From IMG/VR virus record IMGVR_UViG_2822641076_000001, positions 1 through 57,829 of that record: a stretch of DNA of 57,829 nucleotides; one strand, written 5' to 3'. Source of the stretch: a virus. Taxonomy: Duplodnaviria; Heunggongvirae; Uroviricota; Caudoviricetes. Of the stretch, positions 38,133-47,436 are shown one piece after another. Position numbers and translations under genes: made by a program. The stretch's first letter is position 1. Each line of letters opens with the position of its first letter. The notes beneath the pieces were generated by a model. That model searched no databases, was not told the origin of the DNA, and was given only the letters and a program-made list of their open reading frames with translations.

Positions 38133-38279
38133 TCAATCATTATTTTTTTCATTTGTATCAATCGGGAAAAATTCACCTTTTGTAATCTTGTTTCTGATTG
38201 CTTCAATACTAACTGGTACTAGAAGCGGAGAAAACAACCCAATCAGAATAATAATTGCATCCATAAATTGATTTAACAT
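38133..38279 (-). CDS. 48-aa small membrane protein (not in the ORF track)
   Basis: Leader AAGGTGTTTAAAAATG and a hydrophobic segment AIIILIGLFSPLLVPV. Confidence 0.6.
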   Translation of the reverse strand: MLNQFMDAIIILIGLFSPLLVPVSIEAIRNKITKGEFFPIDTNEKNND

Positions 38280-38409
38280 TTTTAAACACCTTTTCCTTTT
38301 TAGATTTTTGTAAGTCGTTTGTTCAACTACCTTACATTTAATATTTTACTAAAAAAGAAGACCACTGTCAATGCATTTAATTAAAATAATTTATTATTTT
38401 TTACATTTG

Positions 38410-38652
38410 TTACGAATCTTTAATTGTAACACTTTTTCCACTTTTCTCTAGAAAGTCGATTGATTCTCTAAGGACGGTTTCCGCACTTTCATAGACCACA
38501 CTTCCCAAAACAAGGCTTATATATCCCTCATGAGCATCGCCACCAATCCAATTTTCAGAATCGGAAATCTCATAATCATAACCGCCACACTCAAGAACAA
38601 CCTCCATTCCATCTTCTAGCATTTCCACGGCTTCTTTAAATTCAATTACCAT
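38410..38652 (-). CDS. Hypothetical acidic protein
   Basis: RBS AAAGGAG, with a class B operator upstream. Confidence 0.7.
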   Translation of the reverse strand: MVIEFKEAVEMLEDGMEVVLECGGYDYEISDSENWIGGDAHEGYISLVLGSVVYESAETVLRESIDFLEKSGKSVTIKDS

Positions 38653-38733
38653 TTTTATTCTCCTTTCATCAACCTAATGTTATTATAAATGATAACAATT
38701 ATTTTTGTAAACAATTATTTTTTACACTTGTTA

Positions 38734-39057
38734 TTAATACGTACCGATGGTTAGTTTTAACGTTTTTTTCTCTATATCAATTTCATATTCGCTATAACAA
38801 ATTTCAGCCGTTAAATGATTATCAAGGACAAAATCCTCGTCTAAATCTTCATCATGTTCCCTAACTAGTTCTATGTAGTCTCTCTGCATTCTCTCCGCAC
38901 TTCTAGTTGTATCCAAATCACCAAGCGAAATACTTCCACATACAGACGCTAACTCCTGATAACTAGTTTCCAACTGTTCACCATTGATAATTACAATCCC
39001 GTCTATAATCCCTTTGATGGCATTTCCGCCAATTAAATGTGCTACTATCATTTTCAT
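38734..39057 (-). CDS. Hypothetical protein
   Basis: Start moved to MKMIVAHL after AAGAGG. Confidence 0.7.
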   Translation of the reverse strand: MKMIVAHLIGGNAIKGIIDGIVIINGEQLETSYQELASVCGSISLGDLDTTRSAERMQRDYIELVREHDEDLDEDFVLDNHLTAEICYSEYEIDIEKKTLKLTIGTY

Positions 39058-39152
39058 TTCCTCTTTTCTGTATAATAGTTTCTTCGTTAACCTAATGTTA
39101 TTATAAATGATAACTAATTCGGATGTCAATCATTATTTTTTACATTTGTAAT

Positions 39153-39812
39153 TTAAATTTCAAAACTTAATTGCTCCAAGTCTCTTGCATACATTCGAGC
39201 CGTTTGTTTTAGCACACAAACCGCCTGTGACAATGAAATACTTTTAACGCCAATTCTACTAATATAGAATTTTAATTCTTTTGCTCGTTCATCCCAGTAT
39301 TGTAATTTAATTCCGTTTAAATTACCGTCTCTTTCAAGACAAACTTTAATTTCCTCTTTTGTAGCAGGTAGCAAAGGAATTAAAGTTTTTAAACCGATTC
39401 CATTTACAACATTTGTGTAAAATTCTTCGTGGCTCATGATTTCCCCAGTTTCCTTGACCATCATAGAATTAACCTTGTTAAACTCTTTTAAATTCATTTT
39501 ATTTTCCACCTTTTCATTTTTGATTAATGTATCATTGATTCTTTCATTTATTTGGTCAAGAGCTTCCCAAAACCATTCAGTACCTCGTAATTCTGTACGA
39601 GTTTCATTTTCTTTAGCTATCCAGTTTTTAATGAACGTAGTATCAGTAATTAGAGACCACTCTTTATTTAAAGTGCGTTCCACATATGCTTGAACCTCTT
39701 CTACAGTCTCGCCAATCTGTGAAGCGATTGACACCGTACCATCCGTACATTTAATTAAGAAAGAGTATTTGTTTAATGTTTCAGCTTGTGTCAGTTCCAT
39801 TTTAATTTCCAC
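39153..39812 (-). CDS. Hypothetical protein
   Basis: 219 aa with its own promoter and RBS AAAAGG. Confidence 0.7.
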   Translation of the reverse strand: MEIKMELTQAETLNKYSFLIKCTDGTVSIASQIGETVEEVQAYVERTLNKEWSLITDTTFIKNWIAKENETRTELRGTEWFWEALDQINERINDTLIKNEKVENKMNLKEFNKVNSMMVKETGEIMSHEEFYTNVVNGIGLKTLIPLLPATKEEIKVCLERDGNLNGIKLQYWDERAKELKFYISRIGVKSISLSQAVCVLKQTARMYARDLEQLSFEI

Positions 39813-39907
39813 CTTTTTATTTTATTTTCGAACCTATAGTTATTATAAATGATAACAATTGCGGATGTCAATCATTATTTTTTACATTTGTGAAATCACT
39901 TTCTTTT

Positions 39908-39974
39908 CGGCTTGTCTCATCAGTATGAATAGAGCCACTATTTCACAGACTGGGAATTATTCCCCAGTTTCGAC
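39908..39974 (-). ncRNA. Type II hammerhead ribozyme 2
   Basis: GTC-GAAA-C-TGGG(GAATAATT)CCCA-GTC^-TGTGAAATAG(TGGCT)CTATTCATA-CTGATGA-GAC-A-AGCCG. The pseudoknot covaries with copy 1. Confidence 0.9.
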
Positions 39975-39999
39975 CGTTGATTTATGAATTTTGTACTTA

Positions 40000-40287
40000 T
40001 TATTCGTGTGTTTCCGTGTATTTTACTTCCATCCAAGTATAATGTTCGGCTAAATTTTTATGAATCTTTTTCGCCTCGGCTTGTGCCTTCGTTTCTTCCT
40101 CTTGTTTGTATATAATTACAACCATGTCCTCAAGTAAATCCTCATTACTATCTAAAAGGTTAACCATTAAATCAAAACCGCTTTCGTCTTCGTCTCCATT
40201 CCAGTTGAAAAGTTCGACTTGTAATTTGCTCACTCTTGATTCATTAATCTTTTTCTTTACTTCTCTCAAATCCATATTACGTTCCAT
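40000..40287 (-). CDS. Hypothetical protein
   Basis: AGGAGATGTTTAAAAATG leader before MERNMDL. Confidence 0.72.
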   Translation of the reverse strand: MERNMDLREVKKKINESRVSKLQVELFNWNGDEDESGFDLMVNLLDSNEDLLEDMVVIIYKQEEETKAQAEAKKIHKNLAEHYTWMEVKYTETHE

Positions 40288-40452
40288 TTTTAAACATCTC
40301 CTTTGTTGCATCTGTTGTTATTATAAATGATAACAACTTTATATGTCAACACTTATTTTTGTAGTTGAGAAAAGGTGTACTTCCCTCAACTACATTTAAA
40401 ATTCTATCAGATAATAAATCCACTGTCAATGCATTATATGAAATTTGTTCAT

Positions 40453-40734
40453 TTATTTTTCAATGTAGTAATGAACACTTTTTCCAACCTCAGCAGAGCA
40501 ATTATAATAAGTGAACTCATTAATTTTTCGCTCCATATTTGATAATTCGCCTTCTTTTTCGTTTCCTAACACATCAACGGTTTTCAAGTCGTCTTGTGTC
40601 CACTCAACAGGGATTGCCATATTAAAAGGATGTCCCATGTTTGGGAAGCTTTTAGAAGGACATAATAAGCCTTTAAAAGCACCTTCCTTTTTGATGATAG
40701 ATTTTACTTGTGCTTTCGTGATTTTAATTAACAT
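40453..40734 (-). CDS. Hypothetical protein
   Basis: AGGAGATGTTTGAAAATG leader before MLIKITK. Confidence 0.72.
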   Translation of the reverse strand: MLIKITKAQVKSIIKKEGAFKGLLCPSKSFPNMGHPFNMAIPVEWTQDDLKTVDVLGNEKEGELSNMERKINEFTYYNCSAEVGKSVHYYIEK

Positions 40735-41117
40735 TTTCAAACATCTCCTTCGTTGCGTCTTTTGTTATTATAAATGATAACAAAATGACATGTCAACAAC
40801 TAATTTCATTATTTGTTTCACTTGTATTCCGTTTGTTTATTACGTCCCTAATGTTACAGAAAAATCAGTGCACTGTCAATGGATTTTATGAATTATTTTT
40901 AGTTTGTAGTTTTCAATCACGCATATATATAGAAGAAACTCGAAACTACCATATAAAGAGCATTTCGACTTATATTGTATTTTTTATTCGTAATTATCTG
41001 ACTATAATCGCAGCAAAAACCAGTAAACAAAATCAAAATAGAGACAACAGGAAGAATGAGAGACAGAGCGATGACATAGGCGAGCGGTACGGCTCGTTCA
41101 TTTTTGACACTCAGTTC

Positions 41118-41376
41118 GTATCCATTTCTATGATTTACAATGAAATCGTATTAAGTAATAGGCACGCACATATTCCCACCAATATATGCACCACAATACA
41201 CATAGGCGCAGGTGCAAGCACCACATATACTCACTAACGCTAGCACACACTATGTATTGTGCATCTATCATAGGGGTACACACCTATATTTTTAGTGTGC
41301 ATTATGTATCCATTTCTACAATTCATAATGAAAACGCATTAAGTAATAGGCGCTCAAATATTGCCACCAATATAAT
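41118..41376. repeat. ~70-bp imperfect direct repeat
   Basis: GTATCCATTTCTA...AATGAAA...TTAAGTAATAGGC...ATATT.CCACCAATATA at ~41118-41187 and ~41306-41376. Confidence 0.75.
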
Positions 41377-41965
41377 ATATAATAGGCACATATATAACAT
41401 ACCATTATAGTAGTTGTATATAAATTACATAATAAGATATAGTATTATATAACTATATATAATGTAACATATTGTAATGGCATCTTATGTAAGAGATTAA
41501 TATATAATAGAATGTATATTAATCTAGGACAGATTCATAGAAGAAGATAGAAATATACATATAATAGGCGTCGCATAATGATGCATTTACGCGTTACACA
41601 TACAGTAATATGCAGGTGTCTTTGTGATGTCTCGGCTAAGCATGGCGCATTTCATATGCAAGGACATGCGAATCAGCAACGGAATGGCATACAGCTATAT
41701 ATACAGCGCTTAGAATGCAAAACAAATTAATAGATTAATATAGAGAGAATTATATATACGTGTATTTGCGGTGCAGGTGCGACGACACATGGAATCGCTG
41801 AGGCAAAAATCACTTAGTTGCGAAGCATTTACAAGCCTCCCTAAGCCTCCCGAAACGTTGATGTTTTGCGACGTGTCGTTGACGGATTCTGTCATGCCCT
41901 ATCGAGCTGTATGGCGTCACTATGATTGTATAAAAGAGTGATTTTACCTCAACATAGCATGGAAA

Positions 41966-42370
41966 CCACAAATCAAAATTCGTTAATTTGCAACGGATTC
42001 TGAAATCAGAAATCAAATTCGGATTGCGAAATCAAAAAGAAATCCCGAAATCAGTTTCCGAAACCAAATTCAAAAACCAAATTCAAAAATGAACCTCCAA
42101 GAACAACAGCGAAACTCAAATGATTTTCAGACCTGTTCCCCACCTCCTCACGGCAAATCCATGAATCAAAACACATTTTGTAAATAATTTTCGTTTTATA
42201 CAATCCACAAATCATAAAAGAAATCGAGAAATCATAAAAGAAAATTGAAAAAGAGAATCAAATTTAGAATCCCGAAAAGAAAATCATTCTCTATGCTTTC
42301 CTATACCTTTTAGCCTCACGAATCGAGTTTCTTCTATAAATAGGACTCCGTTGGAATCCACAAATCAAAA
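41966..42370 (+). repeat. AAATC-rich direct repeat array
   Basis: 12 AAATC copies, including CCACAAATCA x3. Non-coding. Confidence 0.6.
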
Positions 42371-42588
42371 ACAAATTATATAATATTATATAATGTAATA
42401 TAAAATATTATAATAAATCCATTGACAGTGGATGGGTAAAAATGTATACTAATCCATGTAATCAACAAACGGGAGCTGATAAGCAACAAGAAACCCGAAA
42501 GCATAATTAATTTATTACTTGTCTTTAACTAGACAAATCTCAAAACAGAAACAAAAAATGATTTTAGGAATTAAGGGGATGTTTAAAA

Positions 42589-42897
42589 ATGAAATTAGAA
42601 TTTTCACGTCATGCACAGGAGCGTATCACAGAGCGTCATATTACACGAGGAGAAATTGTTTGTGCTGTATTATATGGAAATCGAGAAAAGGCAAACAAAC
42701 GTTGGACATTCGAATATACATATAAAGATTTTGTTATTGTGGTTGCAGAACATGAAAATGGCAAAATGGTTGTGGTATCATGTGAGTATACACAAAAATT
42801 TACCAAATACGCTAAGAAATTCGCAAAACAAAACGGAATCGGATTCTACAAAGCTCTTAGACGCTTGAGAGAATCTAACTTTACACTAGCATCATAA
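42589..42897 (+). CDS. DUF4258-like protein (RelE/BrnT-like fold)
   Basis: F SRHAQER..ER.I...EI...V..G pattern. First gene of the rightward array. Confidence 0.6.
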   Translation: MKLEFSRHAQERITERHITRGEIVCAVLYGNREKANKRWTFEYTYKDFVIVVAEHENGKMVVVSCEYTQKFTKYAKKFAKQNGIGFYKALRRLRESNFTLAS

Positions 42898-42914
42898 GAA
42901 AAGAGGAAACGACA

Positions 42915-43361
42915 TTGAAAACTAGTATAGAAACTATTGATTCCAGTCTTTTGTTTGACTGTGAAATGATGATGATTGCTACAGGAAAAAGCTTTAGTCA
43001 ACTGGAAAAGCAGTACAAGAGTGATATAAGCGCTCATGAGCAGTATTTAGAAAGAAACATTGACACAGACGGGAATAAACTTTCTCAGGAGCTTAGAGAA
43101 ACATATGTGGAGGCAATAGAAAGTTTTAATATAGCTTTAAAAACAGTGCAGAAATATATTGCATTTTTGAATGGCGAAATAGATGTTGCTATCTCTGAAA
43201 ATGAAAGATGTAAAGGTATTAACTATCAACGAATACCTTTTTCTTACCATCAAGCTCAAATTAAAGAAATAATAACTTTAAATCTATCTGATAGCGTTAA
43301 AGTTATTAAAAAGCATTTCCCAAGCGAATACAATAAATATAAGTCACTACTTAAATCTTAA
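42915..43361 (+). CDS. Hypothetical protein
   Basis: TTG start after AAGAGG. Confidence 0.65.
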   Translation: MKTSIETIDSSLLFDCEMMMIATGKSFSQLEKQYKSDISAHEQYLERNIDTDGNKLSQELRETYVEAIESFNIALKTVQKYIAFLNGEIDVAISENERCKGINYQRIPFSYHQAQIKEIITLNLSDSVKVIKKHFPSEYNKYKSLLKS

Positions 43362-43386
43362 ATATTAATTTTAGAGGTGTTTAAAA

Positions 43387-44100
43387 ATGTTACCGAAGAA
43401 ATATGACAAGTATGACCGTATAGAAGTAGATGAAAAAGATTTTGAAAGAATCTCAAAATGGGTTCACAACCATTACGAATCAGAGAATGGAGCTTTCCCA
43501 CTAGAGAAAGGCATCTTGCAAATCAATGCACAATTTAACGGGTTGGACGCAACTTCGTTTAATGTGTTCGAGCTACATAAGAACTATATCAACATTGAAA
43601 TATATGATAGTAAAGAAGACAAGCTATTAGAATTTGAAATTCGAAACACCAATGGTGAATTGAAGTATAAACTTAAAGACTCATTTAAAATGAAGAGTCC
43701 ATCATTACAAACTCAGGCGGATTTTAGGAATAATCGTATGATGAGTTTTACAGCTAAGATGTTCATGCAAATCATGTACTTCATGGCTAACTTCATAGAA
43801 GAGAAGAGAGTTGTTCGTGAGATGAATCCTCAATACCAACCATCTAATCTATTAGAAGTTAAACCTAAAGCAACGCCTGTAAAAAGGTCTATGAGGACTA
43901 TTGGACGAACAATATATAGGCTTACAGCTAATCGTGAAGTGTTAGAAAAACGCCCTTACGAGCGTCATACAGACGCTTGGACTCGTCGAGGTCATTTTAG
44001 ATATCTCAAGAACGGTAATCGTGTTTGGATTGAACCAACCGTTGTTAAAGCAAAAGGCGTTAAGACAGCAGAAATTGAATCGGCTACTTATAAATTGTAG
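43387..44100 (+). CDS. Phage protein with a C-terminal W.RRGHFR...G.R.W motif
   Basis: 237 aa with the shared leader. Confidence 0.7.
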   Translation: MLPKKYDKYDRIEVDEKDFERISKWVHNHYESENGAFPLEKGILQINAQFNGLDATSFNVFELHKNYINIEIYDSKEDKLLEFEIRNTNGELKYKLKDSFKMKSPSLQTQADFRNNRMMSFTAKMFMQIMYFMANFIEEKRVVREMNPQYQPSNLLEVKPKATPVKRSMRTIGRTIYRLTANREVLEKRPYERHTDAWTRRGHFRYLKNGNRVWIEPTVVKAKGVKTAEIESATYKL

Positions 44101-44279
44101 TTGTATAGTATCTTTGAATACTATTTCTATAAAGGATTTCAAGATAATATTTAAAGATACTATTTTAATAAAATCCATTGACAGTGGATTTATAATGTTA
44201 TATGATATTATTAAATGTTATATATTATTATATAATCGTATATAACATAATGTATTGTAATGAATAGGAGATGTTTAAA

Positions 44280-44633
44280 ATGAAAATTCGTGTCGTACAA
44301 CTCAACGAGAACGAACGACCAGTAGTAGCAGAAATCGACGCATCACAAGAAATTTTCAGTAAAGGCTTAGAAGGCGCTATTGTCACGGATGATATCCATC
44401 TATGGTTCAAGAACGAAAAAGATGAAGAAGATGTTTTGAAAGATAATCTTATCTTTGCGTATGAAGACCTAGAGTGGGAAGTAATCTGTGGCAATGCATT
44501 TTTCGCATCATACATCGGAGGAAAAGACACCTTATCTTTGACTGATAAACAAATCACAGAAATACAAAACAGAATAACGCCAGTAATAACACGTACAGGC
44601 GAAACGTTATTCGCAATCCGTTTAGACCAATAA
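44280..44633 (+). CDS. DUF3846-like protein, paralog 1
   Basis: MKIRVV...ICGNAFFAS...SLTDKQI. Confidence 0.7.
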   Translation: MKIRVVQLNENERPVVAEIDASQEIFSKGLEGAIVTDDIHLWFKNEKDEEDVLKDNLIFAYEDLEWEVICGNAFFASYIGGKDTLSLTDKQITEIQNRITPVITRTGETLFAIRLDQ

Positions 44634-44656
44634 AGCATAATAGGAGATGTTTAAAA

Positions 44657-45019
44657 ATGAAAATACGTGTCGTAAAAGTTAATATGGGTGAGAAGCCAAG
44701 AATCACAGAAATTGAAGATACTCTAGAGGCTTCAAAGGAAGTTGTCGGTGGCTACATAGAACGTGTTGCAATCGGAACTGAGATTGATTTATGGATTAAT
44801 GAAGAAGGAAAACTAGATGACGAGTTAAAGGAAAATATCGTTCTAGTCACTAAAGGTCGTCCCTATGATGTCGTTCACGGCAATGTATTCTTCGCATCAC
44901 ATGATGACTCAGGCAATACAATCTCTCTAACCGACGAGCAAATAGAAGATTTAAAACGAAGAACAATGTCGGCAGTTACACCAACAGGTGAAGAACTAAT
45001 GGCAATCATTGTAGACTAA
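44657..45019 (+). CDS. DUF3846-like protein, paralog 2
   Basis: VGGYIE...LWINEEGKL...HGNVFFAS...SLTDEQI. Confidence 0.75.
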   Translation: MKIRVVKVNMGEKPRITEIEDTLEASKEVVGGYIERVAIGTEIDLWINEEGKLDDELKENIVLVTKGRPYDVVHGNVFFASHDDSGNTISLTDEQIEDLKRRTMSAVTPTGEELMAIIVD

Positions 45020-45049
45020 TCGAAATTTTAAATAGGAGATGAACAACTT

Positions 45050-45523
45050 ATGTTAAATGAAGCGCAATCATTCAACGATACACGAACAAATGATTTCCGA
45101 CACATTTCTGATAGAGATTTCAAATATCTTCAGTCGTTAATCCCCGTTATGGGCAAAGCAACACCTGTAGTAGATGGAACTGATTACGAGTTAGAAATGA
45201 TGGGGATTTCCCCAACAAAACTAATCAATTACTTCGAAACAGATGAATTTGCTGATTTAATTTTCCGATGCTCAATAGGTGAGTTCGATACAGATAATGG
45301 CGATTTAGTAATTAAACACACTCAAGATGAAGAGTTTGTTGTAGGCGGAGTACAATATGAAATCACCGTCAAATATGTAGATAATGACGTCGTATTTGGA
45401 TACTATCTCGACAAAGGTGACAAAAACTACTTTTTAAGCAAGTCTCTCAAGAGACGTGGAGAAATTCAATTCCTAGAAAAGTTCTTATTCCTCAACGATA
45501 CATATGTTCAGACTGAGTTTTAA
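45050..45523 (+). CDS. Hypothetical protein
   Basis: 157 aa with RBS AGGAGA. Confidence 0.7.
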   Translation: MLNEAQSFNDTRTNDFRHISDRDFKYLQSLIPVMGKATPVVDGTDYELEMMGISPTKLINYFETDEFADLIFRCSIGEFDTDNGDLVIKHTQDEEFVVGGVQYEITVKYVDNDVVFGYYLDKGDKNYFLSKSLKRRGEIQFLEKFLFLNDTYVQTEF

Positions 45524-45529
45524 ACCATC

Positions 45530-45553
45530 GAAGAGCTTCGGCTCTTCTTTTTT
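45530..45553 (+). terminator. Intrinsic terminator
   Basis: GAAGAGC-TTCG-GCTCTTC-TTTTTT. Confidence 0.85.
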
Positions 45554-45712
45554 ATTGAAATTATTTAAAATAATCCATTGACAGTGGATTTATAATGTAT
45601 TATATTATAAGAGTAAGTTATGTGATATTAATTTATCGAACATTATATAATGTAATATAATATAATGTTATGTAAGTTAATATAAAATAATATTATAGGA
45701 GATGTTATAAAA

Positions 45713-46486
45713 ATGGCTACTTTAAGAGAGAAATTGATTGATTCATTGCAAATCTCAGAAGACCATCCAAAAGTGGACGCACTAATATTTACAAGATTGG
45801 TCGGTATCGAATGCGCTGACTACTGTACACGATGTGGCGGTACTGGCAACTATTCATACAATCCGATGCACGGTTCTACTTGTTTCAAGTGTGACGGTAG
45901 AAAATATCAAATGCCAAAAATTACGAAAAAGCTTCTAGTGAAAGTTGAAGAGGCAATCGCAGAAGGGAAGTTACAGCATTACTTTGAAGAAACGCAGAAG
46001 AGACAGAAAATCAAGTTATTCATAAAAGAGATAACAAGATATGAAGTATATTCAGATACAATGTTCAAGGATGACGATTTTGGTAAATACTACGACGCAG
46101 GACAGAAAAAAGATAACTCATACGAACACCATGTATATGAGCTATGGACGAGTCATGATAAATTTATAGAAAGCATCAAAGAGAAGTGTCGATACTTCGG
46201 TAGAAATGTCCATCCAAGACTAGCTCAGAAGAAAGCTGAGATGGAGAAAGATATTTTTGATAACTACAAAGAATACTTTGAACGAATCAGAGAGAACTAC
46301 AGTATCCTAACTAATAAAGATAGATTGATTACATATGCAACAAAGAAACAAGAACAACGAAAATCTGAGCAAAAAGAGTCGCTTATAAAGCTATTGAAAG
46401 AATCCGTGGAAGCAGAGGACTGGAAGATGGTGAACTTCTGCTCAGAGGGATTAATGAATATACAGGAGGGCAAGAAGCCCTTCTAG
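45713..46486 (+). CDS. Zn-finger protein (DnaJ-like CxxCxGxG)
   Basis: CTRCGGTG...CFKCDG. Confidence 0.75.
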   Translation: MATLREKLIDSLQISEDHPKVDALIFTRLVGIECADYCTRCGGTGNYSYNPMHGSTCFKCDGRKYQMPKITKKLLVKVEEAIAEGKLQHYFEETQKRQKIKLFIKEITRYEVYSDTMFKDDDFGKYYDAGQKKDNSYEHHVYELWTSHDKFIESIKEKCRYFGRNVHPRLAQKKAEMEKDIFDNYKEYFERIRENYSILTNKDRLITYATKKQEQRKSEQKESLIKLLKESVEAEDWKMVNFCSEGLMNIQEGKKPF

Positions 46487-46587
46487 GCTTCATTAATAAC
46501 AAATCAGCAGATTACTTGCAATCATTGGTAGGTATAGTATAAGATAACAATACAGAAATTAAAAATAATGAATAAGGGGATATCGTT

Positions 46588-46830
46588 ATGTATATTAGAG
46601 AGTTTGAAGTAACAACGAACGCAACGTTCAAACACGGTTGGGAGTTATTTGGATATCAAAAAGAATTTATTGGTGCTGTCCAAAACGTAGAGGCGATGGC
46701 TATTGGCTTAGGTCGTCAATTCTTGTTTGATGATATGTTATTTAATGTTGTAGACATCGAGCGACTAGAGGGCGAAACTCGCTATCATTTAGATGAAGTA
46801 CGACCTGCACCAATCAAACTGGAAGTTTAA
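46588..46830 (+). CDS. Hypothetical protein
   Basis: 80 aa with RBS AAGGGG. Confidence 0.65.
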   Translation: MYIREFEVTTNATFKHGWELFGYQKEFIGAVQNVEAMAIGLGRQFLFDDMLFNVVDIERLEGETRYHLDEVRPAPIKLEV

Positions 46831-46928
46831 TTACAACTGTAAAAAATAATAAAAAGCAACATTCTATATGTTGCTTTTCCTAACCACCTGTGTTATCATT
46901 AATAGTAACAATATAAGGAGTTGACATT

Positions 46929-47189
46929 ATGGGAAATCAAACAAATCAAGAGCAGATGATTGCAGAACAAAAAGAGCAATTCGCAAAAATTATTAAACAG
47001 CAAATGAAAAACCGCAATCTAACTGTTAGAGGTGTTGCAGAGCTAATTGAAAATTTCAGCTTCCCTCAATTAACTCGTATCACAGGCGGAAAGAACTATA
47101 ATATTGACACTCTAATTAAAGTTCTAGATGTACTTGGACTTGAGTTAAACGTCACGTTGAAAGACATTGACAACAAAGATAGTAAGTAA
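46929..47189 (+). CDS. XRE-family HTH regulator
   Basis: LTVRGVAELI...FPQLTRITGGKNYNIDTLIKVLDVLG. Confidence 0.8.
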   Translation: MGNQTNQEQMIAEQKEQFAKIIKQQMKNRNLTVRGVAELIENFSFPQLTRITGGKNYNIDTLIKVLDVLGLELNVTLKDIDNKDSK

Positions 47190-47203
47190 GAAGGAGATAT
47201 AAG

Positions 47204-47407
47204 ATGTTCGAATGTGTTGAATGCAATAAAAGCCTTGAAGCTATGGCTTATGCAGAGATTGATGATATCAAAATATGTTTACCATGCTACTCAGAAGGGA
47301 TTCCTCAACCTCCAAGAAGAAGCGACTTTGATTGGGAGAAGAAATCAAAGGAGCGCAAAGAAGCAATCAGGAATCGCAATGTAGAACTTCTAAGAAAGTA
47401 CGGTTAA
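47204..47407 (+). CDS. Small Zn-ribbon protein
   Basis: CVEC...CLPC. Confidence 0.6.
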   Translation: MFECVECNKSLEAMAYAEIDDIKICLPCYSEGIPQPPRRSDFDWEKKSKERKEAIRNRNVELLRKYG

Positions 47408-47436
47408 TATATAAGGGGAAATGGGAGATGTTTAAA

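Larger units (their letters stand above)
38104..46909. promoter_or_regulatory. Class B family: palindrome GTTAT-CATTTATA-ATAAC overlapping the -10 box
   Basis: Copies at 38104, 38679, 39097, 39839, 40317, 40764 (minus strand) and 46892 (plus strand). Confidence 0.8.

Noticed and set aside
34070-42400. CRISPR-like array in the repeat blocks
   Set aside because: The repeats are short, degenerate and irregularly spaced, without constant-length unique spacers.
42471-42505. CTGATAA...GAAA, a possible third hammerhead in the 42589 leader
   Set aside because: Stems II and III cannot form and the core deviates from CUGANGA.
36252-47189. Arbitrium (AimR/AimP) or Rap-Phr system
   Set aside because: No TPR receptor of ~380 aa and no short signal-peptide precursor with a C-terminal mature peptide in this window.
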